Assembly (NCBI GenBank): GCA_048213135.1
Contig: PS015296.1
Location: 51,896 to 71,895 of the forward strand
Source of the DNA: Reclinomonas americana ATCC 50394
Lineage: Eukaryota
Length of the DNA stretch: 20,000 nt
Direction of reading: 5' to 3'
Shown: in pieces, positions 10,114 to 20,000 of the stretch
Numbering within the stretch: the stretch's first letter is position 1
Layout: each line of letters opens with the position of its first letter
Notes under the pieces: model-generated
What the model was told of the DNA's origin: nothing
The model's input: only the letters and a program-made list of their open reading frames with translations
Databases searched by the model: none
Program-made: the position numbers and the translations under genes

Positions 10114-13100
10114 ATGGCAAGTGGCAGTGGAGAGCACGATGAGTTGCGTTACTCGCCTCGCGCTCTCCCTCCTGTCCGCATGTGATTAATATTGACTTGT
10201 CGCATGCAGTGCCTCATTGCGGGAGGAAGACTCTGGCCCCGTTTCCGCTCCTGCGGCCGGTGCAGCTGACGAAGGTGCGCATGATCTCCTCACTTCTTCT
10301 TCTTGTTGTTGTTCATTCTTGTTTCTTGTTGTCCTCTTCCTCCTGCTTCCTCTTCTTCTTCTTGCTGTTGTTCTTGTTGTCCACCTCCTCCTGCTGCTTC
10401 TTCTTCTTCTTCTTCTCGTTCTCCTCCTCTTTTTCTTCCTCCTTGTCCTCCTCCTCCTCCCCGTCTTCCTCCTCCTCCTCCTCCTCCTCCTCTTCCTTCT
10501 CCCTCTCCCTCACCTTTTCCCTCTTCTCCTTCCCCCTTCACAGCACCGCTCATCGCACGCACTGTCAAGCCGGTGACCGCCTTCCGCTTCCCGAGTCGGC
10601 GTGCACTGGCGTCGACTCTGGCCAGCCGCATCGCCGATGCCGTGGAAGGCTTGTCACCTCTCTCTCTTTCTCTCTTCTCCTTTGCCGTTGCTCACTTTTT
10701 GGTCCACAGCACACCGCCCCATCATCGTGATGCTCACGGGCGACGGAGGCGCCGGCAAGTCGTTCCTGGCCGAGCTGCTGGTGACCGAGTTGCAAGCTAC
10801 GGGTCGGTGGAATGGTTCCGCTGTCGCCGCAGAGATGCGTGGCCACATTGGCGAGGTGGAGGAGCACGTCAAGGTGACTCCACTCTTTCTCTGATAATGA
10901 CTCTTGTCCAGTCCCTTCTCTCTCACTCACTCTCTCTGTTTGGGCAGCCGGAGAACGCACTGGGCGACTTTCTGCGTGCCTTTGTGGTGGCACAGATGCG
11001 GGTGGACGAAGACAAAGGCCGCCGAATGTCCAATCAAGTGGAGGCCCTGCTGGCGAGTGAGCAGCTGGCGCCTGCACAGCGTCTCCTGCGCCAGCTGATG
11101 CACGCGTCGACGGGGGTGATGGTGCTCGACAATGTCGGTTCGGCGGCGCAAGTGAGCGAGGTGGTGTGCTGCTCGGCTGGTGAGTCGAGCATCTCCTTCC
11201 TTCCCACTCGCCACGTCTCTCGCTCACTCCACTCCTGCAGATGATCGAGAGGGCGGCAGTGCATTCGTGGCGCCCATCGTGGTGGTGACCAGTCGGCACG
11301 GACGAGTGGCGGATGAGGTGCGCGACGCCATGCTGCACGAGGCAGTGGTGGAGTGTGTGCAAATGGAGAGTGTGGAGAACGACGATATTGTGCAACTGGT
11401 GGAGGAGCGCTTGCGTGAAACAGTGTCGGAGGACGTGCGACGCCGGCTGGTGGAGGCACTCGAGAGTGGACAACAGCTCAACAGCGCCTTGCGTGTCAGT
11501 GCCTGTGTAGGGTGAGTCGGGAGCGCACACACGCTTGTTGACCGCTCTATCTCCTGATCCCGCTCACCTCCTCCTTTTGCATGACACAGCTGGCTCCTGT
11601 CGCAGTCGGCGGCACAATTGGAGCGAGTGCAGCTGGAGGAGGTGCTGAGTGGCATTGGTGGCGACGCGCTGTCGCAGCTGCTCGAGCGCAACATCATGTC
11701 GCAGACGCCGGCCGCTCGCCGCATGCTGCTGCTGATCACGGCGTGCAAGGAATTCGGCTTGCCGATGACACGGGCGCTCGCACGAGTGGCCGTCAGTGTG
11801 CTGCGCGAGATTCCAGAGCTGACGGTGGAGGTGGATGAGGTGGGTGGTGGTGCAGCAGAGGCGCATGCATATGCGGCGGAGGCCGGCCATCTGGTGGAAC
11901 TGAGCCAGTGCGTTCGACTACTGCGACTGCACGAGCTGGCGCTGGATAGGCGACTCCGCGCACCCGACTTGGTGGGCGAGCGACGGCAGTTTGACGAGAT
12001 GGACGAGGAGGAGGAGCAACGAGTTCGCGCACGGCGTGCCGAGTTGACGAGCGGAGGAGGAGGCGGAGACGCCAGTGTGGATCACGTGCTCGAGGGTCTG
12101 TGCTTGTCGAATCTGGTGACGGTCGGCGCCAGTGGCAGCGTGGACAGCGTGGCGCGTATTCTGTGTGGCGAGCAGGTGTGCGAGAGTAACGTGGTCGAGG
12201 AGTACCGGGTGCACGATGAGATTGCCGGGTGGATTGTGCGTCGCTATGGCGACGCCGTGTCACAGACGCAGCGAATGATTGTGCGACTGCTGTGTTGTGC
12301 GCTGAGTGGCATTGATTCGCAGCACGACACTGACAGCATGCTGCTCGCCTCTCGCGACTTGCTCAGCGTGTTTCGCACCGTGTGGCGCCGAATGGGCGAG
12401 GACGATGCGCTGTGGACCGGTGGTGATGTCGACGGCCTGATGGTCCTGTGTAGGGCAGTGGAGTTGGTGGCCCAGCATTGTGCCAATGACCGCATGCCGT
12501 CGCGAGGCTTCGACACCGCCACCGTTCAGCAGTTGACTCAGCGCATGGTAGAGATTGGTCGTGGAGCCGGTGGTGGTGATGGTGGTGGACGACAGCTGCT
12601 GATTGCCGCCACGGTGGGGCGTGCATGGCTGTGCGACATGTGCCGCGCGCAGGATGCGGTTCTTGCGGCGTGGGAGACGGTGTGGCGACTGTATGGAGAA
12701 TGGGAGCAACTGCATGAAGGTGGCGGTTGGTCTTCCGTGCTGACGACCCTGGATGCACTCCGGTCGCAGACTCTGTATGCATTCTCGTGCCGCGAATTGC
12801 AGTTCCTGGAAAAGTGTCACGATCGACAGAGTGCGACGATTGGTGCCCACCATCCCGACACACTGGCCACCATCGGCCTGCAGTCCTACGTGCAATGCAC
12901 GGCGGAGAACTATGATGCGGCGGCCGCACTCGGGCGACGGTACTGGGAGCTGTACCGCCGACTTGCTGGCGCCGAGCACCCAAACACGCTGCTGGCCATG
13001 GGCAACTTGGCCGCGTGCCTGGTCGGCGCTGAGCGGATCCCGCTGGAGCGCGAGTGTCTTGCGCTGCGCGCGCGAACTCTTGGAGCCCGCCATCCGGACA

Positions 13101-13444
13101 CGCTGTCATCGCTGGAGAACCTGGCCAGCATTCTGTGGGATCAACGAACGGCAGCATCCATGTCCGAGGCCGTCGACTTGTTCCGCGAGTGTCTGGCCGG
13201 CCGACGCGAGGTTCTGGGTCATCGACACATGTACACCTTGACATTGGCAGACGCCCACTGCTGCTACCTCTACCAATTAGGACGATTTGCAGAGGCCGTG
13301 CAGCTGTTGGCCGAGAGCGTGGACGACTTCCGCCAGGTATTTGGGGAGCAGGAGGCGAGAACGGTTCGAGCGGTCCGCATGCTGAATCGGTGTCGCGATG
13401 AGCTTCGTCAGCGCGGACTGCCACAACCCGATCTTGCGAGCTGA
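10114..13444 (+). CDS. NLR-like STAND (NB-ARC-like) NTPase with C-terminal TPR repeats; exons 10114-10142, 10210-10274, 10544-10648, 10710-10873, 10948-11179, 11241-11511, 11590-13444
   Basis: Splicing yields F.FPSRRALASTL, Walker A IVMLTGDGGAGKS, Walker B VMVLDNV and sensor-1 IVVVTSR, then a helical region and kinesin-light-chain-type TPRs (GAHHPDTL, GAEHPNTLLAMGNLA, LGARHPDTLSSLENLA, LGHRHMYTL). Confidence 0.85.
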
Positions 13445-13508
13445 GCGTGGTAAAAACGTCGTACGAAGTCCTCCGTCCGTCGTGCAGTTGTCCGTCCCAT
13501 TGTGTGCA

Positions 13509-15094
13509 ATGAAACGAGGTCACGACGAGATCACCCCTGGCTACGCTGCAGACAGCAGTAGCAGTGGTTATGTAGGCTCCAGCAGCGGCTATGTAGGCGC
13601 CGCCAGCGAGAGCGAGCCGCCTTTCAAACGCGCACATCATCACGACGATGGTCAGTGTGTGTGTGTGTAAGAATCACACACGCACTCTCTCTCTCTCTGT
13701 GCTTATATGCGTGTGCAGAGGGTCGCAAGGTCGACGCGCACTACTCTGGCAAGCAGCGCAACTTGCAAGAGCGCGTGGAGAGTCCCATTTTTCACCTGCG
13801 CAATCTCAACAACTGGATCAAGAGTGTTGTCTTTGGAGTGCATCTCAAAGAAGGTTACTCTCTCTCTTTCTCTCTCTCTCTCTGCTGTTCTCCCCACTCA
13901 TACATGCTTGATAGGCGACTGGGTGCTTGACTTGGCCGGTGGCAAGGGCGGGGATATGACCAAGTTTGGGGTGGCGAATGCAGGGCATGTGGAGCTCATT
14001 GGTGAGTGAGTGAGTGTGTCTCTCTCTGCTCAGACACTGATGATCGCCGACGACATCCGCACGCGCACAACAACAGACATTGCCGAGGGCAGTGTACGCG
14101 ATGCACTGGATCGATACAACCAGTCGGGCAGTCGCGCGCAGCCTTGGTCGTTCTCGGCGTCGTTTGTTGTCGCCGACTTGCGACGTGTGCGTCTCATTGA
14201 CCGACTGCCTCCGGCCATGGGAGCCTCGTCGGTGCGTCGAGAGTGCAAGAGGGGCGCACCTGCTCCTTTGATCGCTCACTCCCTGTGTGTGCGCGCAGTT
14301 CAGTCTCGCGTCGTGCCAGTTTGCCGCGCACTACTTTTTCGGGTGCCGTGAGCACGCGCTGCAGCTGCTGATCAATGCCACCGATCGCCTGAAGCCGCAC
14401 GGCTACTTTGTGCTCACGGTGCCGGATTCGCGGCTCGTCATGTTGCGCTGTTGTCAATTGTCGGCTTTCGTGCTGGCTTCTCGCTGCTCACTCTGATACA
14501 CACAGTCAAAAGCTGCAGCAGGGCGGCGGCACCTTTGGCAACGAGATCTACCGCGTGACGGCCGACCCGGCCGAATGCATGCGGTGGCGCGACGACGACC
14601 CGGCGCTCTTTGGGGCGCGCTACACGTACTGGCTGTGCGACGCCGTCGACAACATTCCCGAGTATGTGGTCACGGAGCCAACGCTGCGTGCACTGGGCCG
14701 TGAGGTCGGTCTCAGCATGTGCCTGGCCAAGAACTTCCACGAGATGTTCCACGAGTTCCAGCGCGATGAGCGCTTCGCCTCGCTCCTGCATCGCATGAAG
14801 GTGCTGCGTCGCGATGGACGAATCGACGAACGCGACTGGGAGGCTGCCGGTTTGCGCGCATGTCCATCGTCGCAACAAAGCATGCTTATGTGCGTCGCTC
14901 ACTCTCGATTTCTGCTTGCATACCAGGCGTGTATCGAGTGTTTGTGTTTCGGAAAAAGCCGGCGTCGCGATACCACCCCGTCGACCCGGCCAGCATTCTC
15001 GTCATTGGTGAGTGCGAGCGAGCGAGGAAACGGGAAACGACAGTCTCACACACCTCCCATCACAGATGCCGGTGGTGCACAGGGGGCTGAATGA
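13509..15094 (+). CDS. RNMT: mRNA cap guanine-N7 methyltransferase (RNMT/Abd1); introns 13651-13718, 13854-13914, 14002-14076, 14232-14298, 14442-14505, 14850-14926, 15008-15065
   Basis: [94 protein letters not shown] and YRVFVFRK all fall in frame after splicing. Confidence 0.96.
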
Positions 15095-15164
15095 ACGCAC
15101 GTTAGACAAACGTTTTTTTTATGTCGGGCGACTTGTCCCTTTCGTCCATTCTCTGTCGTGTGCG

Positions 15165-16254
15165 ATGCTCTTGCGCAGTGGTGGCCTCCTGCGTGTCACT
15201 CGCCGTCTCTTCTCCATGGGCCAGTGCGACACCAACGCAGTCATTGCCGATCCTCCTGTGGGTCTCTACGCTCGACGTGCCTCCGATCGCGGTCTCAATC
15301 GCCACTTCCCCTGGCTCGTCTCCTATCACACCTTCTCGTTTGCGCCTTACTACAAAGAGCCGGCACATCGAGGCTTTCACCAGCTGCGAGTGATCAATGA
15401 GGACATCATTGCGGTCTGAGTGTGTTTTCAAGTGTGTGTGTGGTAAGTGAGTGTCACCACTGAGAGTGTGTGCATGCAGCCGGCCAGTGGCTTCGACACG
15501 CATCCACACAAAGACATGGAGATTGTGACAGTTGCGCACAAGACATGCCTTCGTGTTTTGAGAGAGAGAGAGAGTGACATGCTGCTGTGCAGTATGTGAC
15601 GCAAGGCAGCGTGCGACATCAAGACAGCATGGGAAACGTGGCCGACATTGGTGCAGGCGAGGTGCAGTGCATGAGTGCGGGAACGGGCGTGCAGCACTCG
15701 GAGCACAACGTGTCGCCGAGTGAGCAGACGCACCTGTTGCAGATTTGGATCTTGCCACAACTCAGTTGCGCTGTGGCGTGTTCTTCCGATCGCTGCGCGA
15801 CTCCTGTTTTGGTGACAGATGGCTGGGGCGCAGAGAACACAGCACCGCGGTACCAGCAGGCGCGCTGGAATGACTGCAGAAACGTCAACGAGTGGCAGCT
15901 GATCGTGTCGCCCATGGTTTGCGCACACTCTGCTGTTGTCTTGCTCGTCGTGCCCCTGACCACCACCACGTGCAGGGAGGCAAAGGACTGGTGACGGTGC
16001 AGCAGGATGCCAGCATTCTGGCCGCCACACTCGACACCAGTGCCTGCGCCGTGTGGTACGAGGTGCAGCCGGGGCGTGCGGTGTGGATCCACGTGGTGCG
16101 TGGGGCGATCTTGTTCGACGGCAACGAGGAGTTCAATGCCGGCGACGGCTTTGGGTTCACGCCGGCCCCGGGTGCGAGTACGCCAGTGTCGTTCTACTTG
16201 CAGGCTACCAGCGACAGCGAGGTACTCATGTTTGACATGAAACAGCGGGAATGA
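15165..16254 (+). CDS. Pirin family protein, YhhW type, with putative mitochondrial presequence; introns 15414-15479, 15531-15592, 15765-15818, 15917-15975
   Basis: [38 protein letters not shown]...[30 protein letters not shown]; metal ligands HxH and HxE are intact. Intron 3 is 54 nt and stop-free, so it is not forced by frame. Confidence 0.93.
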
Positions 16255-16324
16255 ATCAGTTGTGTGTACACTTTTGTTTTGGCACTGGAAGAGGTCAACC
16301 GGGGGGGCGGCGCCGCCGCCGCGC

Positions 16325-18787
<2,463 letters not shown>

Positions 18788-18939
18788 ACTCTTCTCTCGA
18801 AATCAAGGTAATTTGATGGCAAATGGGACAGAGCGAGCACACGCGGGAAACCATTCTTTTTTTACGACGATGTGTGCTGTTGTCTCCCTTTCCCCAAGCT
18901 TCTGTCTCTCTGTCTGTCTGTCTGTCTGTCTTTGTGCAA

Positions 18940-19723
18940 TCACAAGCCAAGAATCTGCCGCTTCTTGGCCTCAAACTCGTCATTGGTGATAATTCCGCGG
19001 TCGCGCATGCTGGCCAGTCGTTCCAAATCGTCCAGCGTCAGAGTGGCCACACCGGCAGTGACAGCTGCTGTGGTGGTGGTGGTGGTCGCAGCAGCAGCTG
19101 CCGGAGGCGCAGGTCGGCCAAACGACGAGGCAGCAGGAGCAGGGGCCGGGGCGGCGGCCGCAGCGGGTCTTGGGGGTGGCGGCGACAAGCCGGAGGGTTT
19201 TGGTGGCGCCGCGGGAGGACCTCCGCCCGAGATGCGCGTGGGCTCCGACGACACGGGGGCGTCGGGCACCAGCACCACCTGGTGGCGGAGGGAGGCGGCG
19301 AACACGTTGCCGGATTGACCGGTGGCCGTGGTGTCGAGGCGGATTGGCATGTTGCGTGCCTCGTTCAGTTGCCTCTCCGAGAACTCGATCGTCTATTTTC
19401 CCGTCACAGTCAGTGCCACGAGTAGGAGAAGGAAGGAAGAGGGACGGTAAGCGAGCGCACCTGCTTCTCGGCGAGCTTGGCACCGAGGTGCGGTCCGCGG
19501 AACGTCGCAATGCGCTGTGCGGTGCGGCCGAGTGAGGTGATCTGCGTCACCACCTGCGGAATGTTCTTGGCCTCGTACAGATCCACCTGCGACGGCTGCA
19601 GTGAGCACCAGGAGAGAGACAGACAAAAAGCGGTGAAGAAGCGAGCGCAACAGTTCGGAACGAGTCGTGATCGGGTACACCAAGGCGCTTGCATGCATCC
19701 AGGTAGAACGTGAGGTTCTCCAT
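18940..19723 (-). CDS. Calponin/transgelin-family CH-domain protein with Pro/Ala linker and C-terminal SHOCT domain, 5' part not found in window; exons 19723-19652, 19586-19461, 19392-18940
   Basis: MENLTFYLDACKRLGVPDHDSFRTVDLYEAKNIPQVVTQITSLGR...FRGPHLGAKLAEKQTIEFSERQL matches the MP20/transgelin CH C-terminus. LDDLERLASMRDRGIITNDEFEAKKRQIL is a typical SHOCT motif. Confidence 0.88.
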
Positions 19724-19855
19724 CTGTGGGTGATGGAGTGAGTGAGCGTGTCTCCTCAGCTTGCCTCTCTCTCTCCATCAGTGTGTGTGTGTGTGTGTGT
19801 GCTCGCCTTCCGTCGCTCATTCTTCGTTCACTCTTCTCTTGTCACCTTCACCTTG

Positions 19856-19912
<57 letters not shown>

Positions 19913-20000
19913 GTCTCGTCGTCTTCGTCTTCGTTCGTCGTTCGTTCGTTTCGTTTCCTTCCGTTCCGTTCGTTTCCGTTCCGTTTCCGTTTCCGTTTCC

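Noticed and set aside
13555-13600. SSSGYVG duplication in the RNMT N-terminus
   Set aside because: Two-copy slippage repeat in a disordered tail; no functional evidence.
12260-13643. Long antisense ORFs (426, 277 aa)
   Set aside because: GC-rich shadow of the TPR exon with no recognisable motifs.
19900-20000. CGTTTC/CGTTC-type repeats resembling a telomere (similar tract at 5619-5710)
   Set aside because: Irregular, drifting unit next to (CT)n tracts and a gap edge; more likely low-quality sequence or microsatellite within an intron.

Overview
Gene-dense, microsatellite-rich eukaryotic (protist-like) genomic DNA with two assembly gaps; the organism cannot be identified from the window. Splicing the ORFs by hand gives nine intron-containing genes: a Pro/His/Gln-rich putative transcription factor (-), a WD40 protein (+), Nse1 of SMC5/6 with no visible RING (-), a CTDSPL2/SCP4-like phosphatase (-), an NLR-like STAND NTPase-TPR protein (+), mRNA cap guanine-N7 methyltransferase (+), a YhhW-type pirin with a mitochondrial-like presequence (+), RBBP4/MSI1 (-) and a 5'-truncated calponin-homology + SHOCT protein (-). 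The main signal is in the splice sites. Of 34 manually inferred introns, all 12 whose upstream exon does not end in G start GTTGCGY (11) or GTTTCGT (1). None of the 22 preceded by G does; these are mostly GTGAG/GTGCG with +5G. This suggests a second, abundant donor class shifted by one nucleotide. All family assignments are from remembered motifs and all introns from reading-frame logic; no searches or RNA data were available.
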